DNA of 52,330 nucleotides from Oscillospiraceae bacterium. Lineage in GTDB: Bacteria; Bacillota; Clostridia; Oscillospirales; CAG-382. Numbering within the stretch: the first letter of the stretch is position 1; each line of letters begins with the position of its first letter. The notes beneath the pieces are model-generated. The model worked only from the letters and a program-made list of their open reading frames with translations, did no database searches and was not told the DNA's origin. The stretch spans positions 1-52,330 of the forward strand of contig SVQR01000003.1 in assembly GCA_015065225.1 (NCBI GenBank). Direction: 5' to 3'. Position numbers and translations under genes: made by a program. This document shows positions 19,464 to 28,648 of the stretch, piece after piece.

Positions 19464-20591
19464 ATGACAGTAAGAAGATGCCGTTTGTCGGCGTTTTTGT
19501 CGGCAGTGATATTATTGATATATACCTTTGCGGTATTTGCCGTAAAGGCAGGGGATACCTCGACAGTACCCGGATATAAGCTCGTAAATACCTATGATGA
19601 GACAAAGGGGATTGTGACATCCGAGGTATACCTTACGGATGGGCTGGGACTTGTAGGACAGTTCGGACTATGCTACAATACGGAGCTTGTTACCCTTGCG
19701 GTGCCATTGACGGATGGCAGGATAATAACCGAATACGAGGAGCAGATGGCTTCGGGAAAACTGAAGATAACCCATTTTGTCACAGCAGACAACAAGTGCG
19801 TCATAACGAACGAGACCAATAAGCTGCACGATCTTATAAATGAAGAAACCGGCGAATTTTTCCTTGCATGGTATGCACCAAGCTCGTTAAAACTTGATGC
19901 TACAAGTGAGGACAAAAAGATAGCGACAGTGACATTCAAGGTCAATGACGGAGTTACTGCACAGGATATCGAGAGGGCGGGAAATGATGTTATAAGATTC
20001 TCCTCCCATACGCCTTCGGATACCAATGTTGTTGGTTACAGCTCGGGAGCTTACTGCGCAAATGAGGATAACACGCCTGTCAGAAACAATGGCAGAACAA
20101 AGTACTCCATAACACTTCTTACGGAATATGTGGGACTTTCCATTCCCGGTGGCTTTGATATTACTTTGAAGGAAAACGATAATGGCATAACCATCCCCGC
20201 AACACACGGAACATCAAATCGTATAATGCCTGTACCGCTGAATACACAAAGCTCGGAGATAAGATCTGTTTTGACTCTTCCGCTGAATATGGCGGCAGTT
20301 ATACAGACACGGGATGGTGAGGTATCACCGGAAATTGTAAAAACCGGCGACACAATAACTCTGACCAAGGGAAACATGAAGGAAACGATCGTCATCGCCG
20401 CAAAGAGTGACACGGACGGAGACGGAAATGTGACTATGGCAGATCTTAATACAATGATGCGCGTAATATCCGGTGATTTGGAGAATGCTCCGGAGGAAGC
20501 CTTGTACACTGTTGACACAAACGGTGACCGGGTGCTTTCCGATGAAGAATACGGTGGATTTATTGCGGATATCATTGAAAGCAATAAGTGA
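19464..20591 (+). CDS. Secreted protein with a cohesin-like domain and a C-terminal dockerin-like repeat
   Basis: Signal peptide (RRCRLSAFLSAVILLIYTFAVFAVKA); QFGLCYNTELV...IATVTFKV; paired Ca-loops DTDGDGNVTMADL and DTNGDRVLSDEE; ATG 19464 after GGAG. Confidence 0.6.
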   Translation: MTVRRCRLSAFLSAVILLIYTFAVFAVKAGDTSTVPGYKLVNTYDETKGIVTSEVYLTDGLGLVGQFGLCYNTELVTLAVPLTDGRIITEYEEQMASGKLKITHFVTADNKCVITNETNKLHDLINEETGEFFLAWYAPSSLKLDATSEDKKIATVTFKVNDGVTAQDIERAGNDVIRFSSHTPSDTNVVGYSSGAYCANEDNTPVRNNGRTKYSITLLTEYVGLSIPGGFDITLKENDNGITIPATHGTSNRIMPVPLNTQSSEIRSVLTLPLNMAAVIQTRDGEVSPEIVKTGDTITLTKGNMKETIVIAAKSDTDGDGNVTMADLNTMMRVISGDLENAPEEALYTVDTNGDRVLSDEEYGGFIADIIESNK

Positions 20592-20598
20592 AAAATAC

Positions 20599-20626
20599 AT
20601 GGCTGTGTCTATTTGGGTACAGCCAT
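20599..20626 (+). terminator. Hairpin, probable terminator
   Basis: ATGGCTGT/ACAGCCAT stem with T-rich sequence downstream. Confidence 0.55.
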
Positions 20627-20721
20627 ATTTTGTCCTTTTTACAAAACGCAAAAAAATGATATAATTCCGAAAAAATGTATGATAGTATAAATTTATAGAA
20701 TCCCCCAAAGGAGAAACTACC

Positions 20722-22401
20722 ATGCTGATAACAGATAAGGAAATACTCAAAAAATATACTGCCGAAAACCGCATATGGCAGGGAATATCAAGTATTGAAG
20801 TAACAAAAAAAGGCAGAATATTCGTCACTTTCTATTCCGGTTACATAAAGGAGCATTTCGGAAACTATGTTCTTCTTATAAAATCGGATGATGACGGAAA
20901 GACATTCTCCGATCCCATCGCCGTTGCATATAAGGACGAGAATCACAGATGCTATGATCCTGTTTTGTGGATAGATCCTCTCGGAAGACTTTGGTTTATC
21001 TGGGCTCTGCTTCCCGCAAACGGTGTTTATGCTTCGGTTTGTGACGATCCGGATGCGGATGAACTCGTATGGTCAACGCCACGGAAAATAGGAAACGATG
21101 TTATGATGTGCAGACCTACCGTTCTTTCGACAGGGGAATGGCTGTTCCCGATAGCCGTGTGGAGAAGGGGACTTGTACCTCACATCTGGCCGGAAACAAG
21201 AATACCCGATTGTGAGACAGGTGCATTCGTATACAAGACCACAGATAACGGAGAGACCTTTACAAAACTCGGAGGCGCAAGGGTAGAGGGCAGAAGCTTT
21301 GATGAACACATGACTCTGGAGCTTCCAGACGGAAGACTGAGGCTCTTTGCCCGTACAGGCTACGGTATAGGTGCATCCGATTCCTACGACAGAGGAAAGA
21401 CCTGGGGAGCATCTTTCAACACAGGTTACGGCGGACCTTGCTCGAGATTCCATATAACAAGGCTTTCTTCCGGTAGGCTTCTTCTTATCAATCACTATAA
21501 TTACACCTCCAGAAACAATCTTTATGCGATGCTCTCGGAGGATGAGGGCAAGACCTGGAAGTACAAGCTGCTTCTTGACGAACGAAATGAAGTGTCCTAT
21601 CCGGATGCTGTTGAGCGCAACGGTTATATCTACATAACCTACGACAGAGAGCGCGGAGGCTTTATGGGATCCTTTGCGGCGGCGTACAGTAAAGCCCGTG
21701 AGATTCTTGTGGCAAAGATAACCGAGGATGATATTATCGAGGGTACGCTTAAAAGTGACGGTTACCTTAAATGTGTTGCCTCAAAGCTCGGAAGATATTG
21801 CCGTGACGATGTGGAAAATCCCTATATGTTCCTTCCGCAGTATGATACGGTGGGAGCTGTAAAACAGATAATGAATGACCATCCGAGAGAGAAGTATATC
21901 TCCGTGATATTCGATGCTTTCTCCGTGAACTGCACCAATATGCACAAGCTTGACTGCGAAAAGCTTGATGCACTCATTACCCGCTTTGACGAGCATGACG
22001 GCTATGACGACGAGATACTTGAAGAAATAATCGTTCTTGTAAAAAATGTCACGGAAAGCAAGACACAGTCCGTGCCCGTTATCGACAGGATAAAGTCTGT
22101 CATTGAGGAAAACCTTGAAGCCGACATATCTGTTGCGGATGTTGCGAAAAAGATAGGCATGAGCAAGTTCTATATGTCCCACATTTTCAAAAAAGCGACA
22201 GCAATAACCGTTGTTGATTACAAGAACGAGCTCAAGCTCACAAAGGCAAAGAAATTGCTTGTTACCACAGATGACAGCATAACGGACATCGCATACTCCT
22301 GCGGATTCGGCTCTGCCAGCTATTTTACCGAACGGTTTACAAAGGCGGAAGGGATACAGCCGGGCAAATACAGAGTGCTTAACAAGAAAGATAAAAGATA
22401 A
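20722..22401 (+). CDS. BNR/sialidase-fold propeller fused to a C-terminal AraC HTH domain
   Basis: Four Asp boxes (KSDDDGKTFS, KTTDNGETFT, DSYDRGKTWG, LSEDEGKTWK), SYPD; C-terminal MSKFYMSHIFKK...CGFGSASYFTERF; one continuous ORF with AAGGAG SD. Confidence 0.85.
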   Translation: MLITDKEILKKYTAENRIWQGISSIEVTKKGRIFVTFYSGYIKEHFGNYVLLIKSDDDGKTFSDPIAVAYKDENHRCYDPVLWIDPLGRLWFIWALLPANGVYASVCDDPDADELVWSTPRKIGNDVMMCRPTVLSTGEWLFPIAVWRRGLVPHIWPETRIPDCETGAFVYKTTDNGETFTKLGGARVEGRSFDEHMTLELPDGRLRLFARTGYGIGASDSYDRGKTWGASFNTGYGGPCSRFHITRLSSGRLLLINHYNYTSRNNLYAMLSEDEGKTWKYKLLLDERNEVSYPDAVERNGYIYITYDRERGGFMGSFAAAYSKAREILVAKITEDDIIEGTLKSDGYLKCVASKLGRYCRDDVENPYMFLPQYDTVGAVKQIMNDHPREKYISVIFDAFSVNCTNMHKLDCEKLDALITRFDEHDGYDDEILEEIIVLVKNVTESKTQSVPVIDRIKSVIEENLEADISVADVAKKIGMSKFYMSHIFKKATAITVVDYKNELKLTKAKKLLVTTDDSITDIAYSCGFGSASYFTERFTKAEGIQPGKYRVLNKKDKR

Positions 22402-22428
22402 GCGTTTTGTGTAATCGCAGGCAGTATC

Positions 22429-22455
22429 AAAAAAATGCCTCCGTAACGGAGGCAT
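22429..22455 (-). terminator. Intrinsic terminator between convergent genes
   Basis: ATGCCTCCG/CGGAGGCAT stem with an A-run on the plus strand. Confidence 0.75.
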
Positions 22456-22488
22456 CAATACAGTAATTGGTATGTCATCCCGACGGTT

Positions 22489-23079
22489 TTACGGAGCTGT
22501 CGGGTATCTTTTTTTGTCTTCTTCGGTAATAGCTCTCATTACCTTGCAAGGAACACCGCAGGCAACCACATTCGATGGTATATCCTTTGTTACAACACTG
22601 CCGGCACCGATGACTGCGTTGTCGCCGATTGTAACACCGCCGAGAACGATAACGCCCGCACCGAACCATACATTGTTTCCGACAGTTATGGGAAGAGCAA
22701 CTTCAAGTCCCGCATTCCGTTGCCCGGCATCTATAGCGTGTTCCGCAGTGGTAAATACACAGTTTGGTGCGATAAACACATGATCGCCGAAGGTTACGGC
22801 ACATCCGTCGAGTATCTGACAGTTGCGGTTGGCGAAGAAATAGTCTCCCACATAGACATTATATCCGTAATCGCAGTAGAAAGGGGAGACCACATTGATG
22901 TCCTTTCCCGCCTTGCCGAGTATTTTTCCGAGTAGCTCTGTTCTTTTTTGAGAATCTCTGTGGCTTGTCATGTTGAGTTCACTGCAAAGATCCCAGCAAT
23001 GTGCTATTTCGGACAGGAGCTCCTTGTCGTAGTTTGCATCGTATAAAAAGCCTTTGGCTCGCTTTTCTTTTTCTGTCAT
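22489..23079 (-). CDS. maa: Sugar O-acetyltransferase (maltose/galactoside acetyltransferase, hexapeptide repeat)
   Basis: PFYCDYGYN, PITVGNNVWFG, GVTIGDNAVIGAGSVVTKDIP. Confidence 0.88.
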   Translation of the reverse strand: MTEKEKRAKGFLYDANYDKELLSEIAHCWDLCSELNMTSHRDSQKRTELLGKILGKAGKDINVVSPFYCDYGYNVYVGDYFFANRNCQILDGCAVTFGDHVFIAPNCVFTTAEHAIDAGQRNAGLEVALPITVGNNVWFGAGVIVLGGVTIGDNAVIGAGSVVTKDIPSNVVACGVPCKVMRAITEEDKKRYPTAP

Positions 23080-23169
23080 GTCGTTTGTTTCCTTTGAGGT
23101 TTTTATCGGTAGAGTATCCGATTGTAAAAATGAAAGACATTGATGCTGAGCATGATGAATTATGGATAC

Positions 23170-24834
23170 TCAGTCATATACATCATCATTTCTCTTGATG
23201 GGATTTAGGGGGAATGGATTATAATCCGTAAACTCTATTTCTCCGTAAAGGCCTTTGACAAAGCCTTCGACAGTCTCCTTGTTGTAGCTGTAACAGTTGA
23301 TGAATGTCTTTGCCGCAGTGAAATAGTTGAAGAAGATATCTGTGCTTCCGAAGGATATGCCTATTGACTTTTCAACTCCCTTTGTCATGATAAGTCCCAT
23401 CATTTTACATTCGTCGCCGAAGAAGTACGGTCCGCCTGCGGGAGCATGGAAGCCTATGAAGGTGGAATAAACTATGAGGTCATAGTCTGCTATAGTGTCG
23501 TTATCCTCACGCTTGTATCCGATCTGAAAATCTACTGTTGCTCCGTGTCTTTCGAATTCGGGAATGGCATATTGCTGTATGCTGTCGGAACAGTACTTTG
23601 AGTAACCGATATAGACTATCTTTACCTTCTTTATCTTGTTTTTGTCTATCGGAACGATACCGGTTCTGTTGGCGGTCATGGTGATGCCCTTTTTCGCTAT
23701 GTCCTCGGAAACGGCGTGGATATTATCCTCTACCCTCTTGCGTTCCTCCGCTGTAGGCTTCTTTATCTCACCTTCAGTGAAAATGCCATACTTTTCCTTC
23801 ATTTTAAGAACACGTCTGCAGGCATCGTTTATTCTCTCCTCGGAAAGATCACCGGCAAGAACAGCTCTTTCTATAATATCAATATAGTCAAGCTCAACAG
23901 GACCAAGTATCATGTCGATACCGCATTTAAGACATTCAACATACACCTTTTCCGGCGGATACACCGCGTTAAATGCTTTCATGTCGACACCGTCGGTGAG
24001 AACCACACCTTCAAATCCGAGCTTGCCCTTTATAAGCTCTGTCACGACCTTATATGAAAGCGTACAGGGCAAAAGTGCACCGTCCACCATAGTATCGTCA
24101 ACGGCTTTGAAAGTTTTGTGCCCAACCATGATGCTGTCAACTCCTGCTTCTATACAAGCCTTGAATTCACGTCCTTGCGTCTTTTCCCAGTATTCGTAGC
24201 TCTGAGAATAGGAAGCGGTGCAAAAGTGTGAATCTCTATATTCGTAAGGATCGGAGCCGGGGAAATGCTTTACTCCCGTTGCAACGCCCGCATCCTGCAT
24301 ACCTTTTATAAATGCTGTAAGAATCTTACAGTTATTCTCCGTATCCGAGGATGTCTGACGAAGATCCACATAGTGTCCTGCATTGTCTGCAATAGGACTC
24401 CATACCCAACGGAAGCCTGATATATGAAGATCGTCACCGAGAGCCTTGGCGTATCTGTAAGCAAGCTCCTCATCTCTTGTAGCACCGAGACCTGCGGCGG
24501 TGGGAAGTGCCGCATGACCTTCAAACTTCGATGCGGGAATACCCTGAGCACAGTCTATCGCAGGCATAAAGGGAACTGACATATGCTTGTTTGCATAGTT
24601 CACAAAGTCAATAAACATATCGTCCTTGCGTCCCTCAAGGTTTGGATTGCCCATTTCCGCTTCGATATATCTGTAGGTCTCCTTCGGCTGAGTTGATACC
24701 CAGTCCGAGCCTATAACATTGTTTTTGAAGTATTCGGATGGCTTCTCCAACTTTCCGAGATTTGAATGATTGAAGATAAGTGTCTGACCTATCTTTTCAC
24801 GAAGTGTCATTTCTTCAAGCTTGGGTGTTTTCAT
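23170..24834 (-). CDS. GH3 glycoside hydrolase, beta-N-acetylhexosaminidase-type, cytoplasmic
   Basis: MTLREKIGQ, KHFPG...DSH dyad, IMVGH, LGFEGVVLTDG; no signal peptide. Confidence 0.88.
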   Translation of the reverse strand: MKTPKLEEMTLREKIGQTLIFNHSNLGKLEKPSEYFKNNVIGSDWVSTQPKETYRYIEAEMGNPNLEGRKDDMFIDFVNYANKHMSVPFMPAIDCAQGIPASKFEGHAALPTAAGLGATRDEELAYRYAKALGDDLHISGFRWVWSPIADNAGHYVDLRQTSSDTENNCKILTAFIKGMQDAGVATGVKHFPGSDPYEYRDSHFCTASYSQSYEYWEKTQGREFKACIEAGVDSIMVGHKTFKAVDDTMVDGALLPCTLSYKVVTELIKGKLGFEGVVLTDGVDMKAFNAVYPPEKVYVECLKCGIDMILGPVELDYIDIIERAVLAGDLSEERINDACRRVLKMKEKYGIFTEGEIKKPTAEERKRVEDNIHAVSEDIAKKGITMTANRTGIVPIDKNKIKKVKIVYIGYSKYCSDSIQQYAIPEFERHGATVDFQIGYKREDNDTIADYDLIVYSTFIGFHAPAGGPYFFGDECKMMGLIMTKGVEKSIGISFGSTDIFFNYFTAAKTFINCYSYNKETVEGFVKGLYGEIEFTDYNPFPLNPIKRNDDVYD

Positions 24835-24867
24835 GTTGATTCTCCTTTTTTCGATGCTGATACTGAC

Positions 24868-24896
24868 AGTATAGGCTTTTTTTGTGGTGATGTCAA
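24868..24896 (-). promoter_or_regulatory. Sigma-A promoter for the GH3 gene
   Basis: Minus strand TTGACA-17 bp-TATACT. Confidence 0.8.
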
Positions 24897-24991
24897 TATA
24901 TATTTTATTATTTTAGATGGAATATATTGCTTTTTTCTGAAATGTGATTATCATTGAAATACAAAAGTCCTGTGTGAAAGAAAACGGTTTT

Positions 24992-25135
24992 ATGATAACG
25001 GCAAAGAACTACGGTGCATACGGTGACGGAATACATGACGATTATATGACAATGCAAAAAGCCTTTGACAGATTGAAAGTTGAAATGTTTACAGAGAAAA
25101 ATTTGAAAGCATTAACGCTTCCATTGATGAATTAA
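24992..25135 (+). pseudogene. Truncated pectate-lyase-3/GH28-like N-terminus fused to an IS3 fragment
   Basis: MITAKNYGAYGDGIHDDYMTMQKAFD matches the FGAxGDGxxDDTxAIQxA leader motif; the sequence switches to transposase-like at about 25064. Confidence 0.6.
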
Positions 25136-25265
25136 AAAGGTATATTGACTACTACAATAACGAAAGAATATCTATGAAACCAAAAGGAATGAGTCCGGCG
25201 CAATACCGAACTCATTCACAAGCAGGTTAAGACTTATTTTTGTCTAAACTTTGGGATCCACTTCA
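25064..25265 (+). mobile_element. IS3-family remnant: transposase C-terminus and right terminal inverted repeat
   Basis: FDRLKVEMF, a frameshift, then EKFESINASIDELKRYIDYYNNERISMKPKGMSPAQYRTH (stop ends 25230); IR-like TGTCTAAACTTTGGGATCCACTTCA at 25241-25265 ending in CA. Confidence 0.82.
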
Positions 25266-25332
25266 ACTATGCTCCGGCTTCTTTGGCAATTCATTGTTGA
25301 TATCCGAATCTGCCATTCAAATGATCCCGTGT

Positions 25333-26019
25333 TCAGTTCCCATTCTTCGCTTCCTCAATCTTTGCGCGGAGCTTCTCCATCCTCACGTCAAGTCCCGCAA
25401 TATCATCGGCACATACACGAAGCTCGTCACGAAGCTCTTTGGCGATACTTTCCGGTATTTCCTTCTTGTAGTGCATCTTATGTTCAAGACTTGCCCAGAA
25501 GTCCATAGCGATGGTGCGAAGCTGTACTTCAACTCTCATCATGCGTTTTTCCTTCTGGAGATATATCGGTATTTCAATTATAAGATGAAGACTGCGGTAT
25601 CCGTTTTCCTTCGGATTTTTTATGTAGTCGGTAGCGTTTATGAGCGTTATGTCATCCTGTGCGAGAAAGCACTCCGCAATGGTGTAGATATCATCAACAA
25701 ATGGACATATCACTCTTACTCCCGCAACGTCGTTGAGGTTTGCTTCAAGTGATTCCACCGTCAGCGGAAGCCCACGCCTGAGAAGCTTTTCCGAGATGCT
25801 TTCGAAGGATTTCAGCCTTGTCTTTATACTCTCGATCGGGTTTCTGGCCTGCTCCAGCGAGAACTGGTAATTGAGCACTTTGAATTTCGTCTCCGTTTCA
25901 AGCATCGCACAGTTGTAGTAGGTCATTATTCTTTTTGCACCCATGAGATGTCTGTAAAACTCATCTATGGTCTTTGCTTGCTCCGGGGTGAGCTTTCTTC
26001 CCGGGGTTATATCTGCCAT
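25333..26019 (-). CDS. Small alarmone synthetase (RelP/RelQ-like GTP pyrophosphokinase)
   Basis: RLKSFESI, DVAGVRVI, NGYRSLH, EVQLRTIAMDFWASLEH; start is 26019 or 26040. Confidence 0.92.
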   Translation of the reverse strand: MADITPGRKLTPEQAKTIDEFYRHLMGAKRIMTYYNCAMLETETKFKVLNYQFSLEQARNPIESIKTRLKSFESISEKLLRRGLPLTVESLEANLNDVAGVRVICPFVDDIYTIAECFLAQDDITLINATDYIKNPKENGYRSLHLIIEIPIYLQKEKRMMRVEVQLRTIAMDFWASLEHKMHYKKEIPESIAKELRDELRVCADDIAGLDVRMEKLRAKIEEAKNGN

Positions 26020-26118
26020 GTTATCTTCGCCTTTCGTCATATTATAAAACCATTATAGCACCCATATATGAAAAAGTCATGACCGCAATGTGAGATTCGT
26101 CTGTTTACACAGGAAAAG

Positions 26119-27174
26119 TCAGGAAAGACGGTACGCCTTTGTGGTAGCCATATATCCGTTTCTCTCATCACAGAGCATTATCCTTATATACTTTGCACCC
26201 TTCGGGATGATAAATTCCGTATTCGTAATACCGTTTTTATCCCTGATACTGTCCCAGCGTATTCCGCCGAAGAATGCAAGAATGTTCGTACATTGAGAAC
26301 ATTCGATATGCACTTTTCCGTCCTCCGTATAAAGGCTGAATATATCTATCCCCGTGGAAGCATAAAAGCTCTGTTCCTCAAGTGCCTTCATTATACCGCC
26401 GTATGTAAAATCGTCGGTACATATCATTGTATAGCCTCTGAAGGAGTCGGAATTCTCCATATCATAATTGTAATTATGGTTATCGTCTGCCGCTATGGGT
26501 GCAACATCCATACCGTGCTCAACCATAGCACCGTAGTCGTTCCACATAAAGGAATTGAGAAGCGGGTTATCCTTTCCGAGATCCGAGCCACCCGCATTGT
26601 ATACCTCAATTGCAAAAAGTCCGCGAAGTCCGATAATATCCCACTGCGGCTGCAGTGACCAGAACGGATGATTCAGGCATACGATAAAACCATTGTCATT
26701 TGCGATATCTATGACCTTCTGAATATCCTCATATCCTCTTTTGCATTTTTCACCGATATACTTCAGGATATCGGCTATGCCCTTTACATGATTTGGCAAC
26801 GCATTAGGATCAAACATAACGTGTCTGTCCTCATATGGATCCTTGGCATATAGATTGAGATGACAACACTTTCTGTCACGCCATGTATCCTCCCAGCTTC
26901 CGGGAAGCTCGGGTGTATAAAGACCTATCTCGTAGCCGGTTATCGCGATAAAGTCGCTGTCATTGAACTCCTGATGATTAACTATGTACTCATGATCTGT
27001 AAACGCCATGACCCGATAGCCGTGCCTTTTATATGCAGACCGCATCTCTTCGGGAGATATCCTGCCGTCGGAAAGTGTGGTATGGCAGTGAAGATTAGCC
27101 TTATGCTGTGTCGTATGCGGCAGAAGATATTTTCTTAACACTTGTGTTTTCTCCTTTTTATCTGTTTCTGTCAA
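26119..27174 (-). CDS. PHP-domain metallo-phosphoesterase
   Basis: LHCHTTLSDG, FTDHE, GYE, NHP, IEVYN, ADDNH. Confidence 0.85.
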   Translation of the reverse strand: MTETDKKEKTQVLRKYLLPHTTQHKANLHCHTTLSDGRISPEEMRSAYKRHGYRVMAFTDHEYIVNHQEFNDSDFIAITGYEIGLYTPELPGSWEDTWRDRKCCHLNLYAKDPYEDRHVMFDPNALPNHVKGIADILKYIGEKCKRGYEDIQKVIDIANDNGFIVCLNHPFWSLQPQWDIIGLRGLFAIEVYNAGGSDLGKDNPLLNSFMWNDYGAMVEHGMDVAPIAADDNHNYNYDMENSDSFRGYTMICTDDFTYGGIMKALEEQSFYASTGIDIFSLYTEDGKVHIECSQCTNILAFFGGIRWDSIRDKNGITNTEFIIPKGAKYIRIMLCDERNGYMATTKAYRLS

Positions 27175-27568
27175 GAAAGCTCTGCAGTATTATCTGTGCC
27201 GACAGCGTATCAATGGCGTCTTTCCTTTTTTTCCCGAAAGTTCCTGTCTCATTCATAAATCCCGCAGCAAGTATTGTTGTTCTTCTCTCATCGTACATCT
27301 CGACCTTGATGCCGCTTTTTTCACCGACCTCATTTGCGAAATCACGGCATTTATCCGCACGTCCGCCCTGAGTTCCGTCCATATTTACCGGAAGTCCCAC
27401 AACAATAAGCTCCACCTTGTTATCAAGTGCCGCCTTTACTGCCGCTTCCACCGCACCCTTGAATCCCGAAACCTTTACTGTGCCTATACCGCTTGCGAGA
27501 AATCCCGTAGGATCGCTCAGCGCAAGTCCCATTCTTGCTTCTCCGAAGTCTATTCCCAATACTCTCAT
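27158..27568 (-). CDS. ruvX: Holliday junction resolvase-like nuclease RuvX (YqgF)
   Basis: LGIDFGEARMGLALSD, VVGLPVNMDG, DERRTT, IDTLSAQIILQSFL. Confidence 0.95.
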   Translation of the reverse strand: MRVLGIDFGEARMGLALSDPTGFLASGIGTVKVSGFKGAVEAAVKAALDNKVELIVVGLPVNMDGTQGGRADKCRDFANEVGEKSGIKVEMYDERRTTILAAGFMNETGTFGKKRKDAIDTLSAQIILQSFLDRNR

Positions 27569-27591
27569 ATTATTTCTCCTGTCAATTTATC

Positions 27592-28458
27592 TCAAAATTC
27601 CGGCCCGTTAAAATTACGATATCTGTTAGGTGTCATGCCGGTTGCTTCCTTGAATACACTTATGAAATGTGAGCAGCTGTTGAATCCGCACTCGAAGCAC
27701 ACATCCGTGACATTTGCACCGGATGCAAGCATTATCTTCGCTCCGGATATCTTCTTGTATTGCAGATACTGCTTTATACCGACCTTCATATGCTTTGAAA
27801 ACAGCGATGAAAGGTATGATGAGCTGACATGAAAGTGCCTTGCTATCTCGCTGACCGTGGAAAGCTCCGCAAAGTTTTTGGATATGTAGGCAAGCACATC
27901 TCTCAGTATCGGAGGAAGATTTGTATCTGCGGGTACGGAGATGCTTTGAGCCTTGTTGAGGATATACAGTGCACGCAGAAAGTATGAATATGCGAGATAC
28001 CTGTTTTCCGCATCCTCTGAAATACATTCGCTTATTTTGGTAAGTATGCGCAGAAAAGCACTTCTTTCCTCATCACTCAGCTCTATTGCTCTTATCTCCG
28101 TATCCTTTACGCGAAGGAAGCAGTCGATGGGAGACTTTTCGCAAAGATCAAACCCCGAAAAAGCATCCACCGGAACGGTTATGAAGAACCTTTCGTATTC
28201 CTTGTTGCTTTTTACTACCGGTCTGTGAAGTTCATTGGGAAATGTGAACAGTATATCGCCATATTTCAGAGTTTTATAGCTGTCACCTATAATAAAATCC
28301 ACATCTCCGCTGACGTAGACATATATCTCAAGCATATCATGCAGATGAAAGCTCTGGTCGGTGTCATCGTTATTTGTCTTTTTGTGGTTGAACAGGATAG
28401 TCTTTTTGCTATCAACGCCTATATTGACATTATCCGCAAATATCTCGTTGCTGCTCAT
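27592..28458 (-). CDS. AraC-family transcriptional regulator (cupin sensor)
   Basis: FHLHDMLEI, PNELH; C-terminal CGFNSCSHFISVFKEATGMTP. Confidence 0.92.
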   Translation of the reverse strand: MSSNEIFADNVNIGVDSKKTILFNHKKTNNDDTDQSFHLHDMLEIYVYVSGDVDFIIGDSYKTLKYGDILFTFPNELHRPVVKSNKEYERFFITVPVDAFSGFDLCEKSPIDCFLRVKDTEIRAIELSDEERSAFLRILTKISECISEDAENRYLAYSYFLRALYILNKAQSISVPADTNLPPILRDVLAYISKNFAELSTVSEIARHFHVSSSYLSSLFSKHMKVGIKQYLQYKKISGAKIMLASGANVTDVCFECGFNSCSHFISVFKEATGMTPNRYRNFNGPEF

Positions 28459-28648
28459 AAGCTCCTCCGCATATCAATCTTTTCACGACATAACAAAAGT
28501 TATATTTTTGCGACGAAAAATTATATACATATAAGATTTATTATGCTACAATCATATTGTAATATAAAAAAATGAATAAATAAAGGGAATTGTATTAGGA
28601 TTTAGGGTACAGTTCCGGTATTCCGCTTTTACAGAAAGGTTTTTCGCC

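Noticed and set aside
25333-26040. Small alarmone synthetase as a toxSAS toxin-antitoxin module
   Set aside because: Housekeeping RelP/RelQ-like motifs and no small antitoxin-like partner
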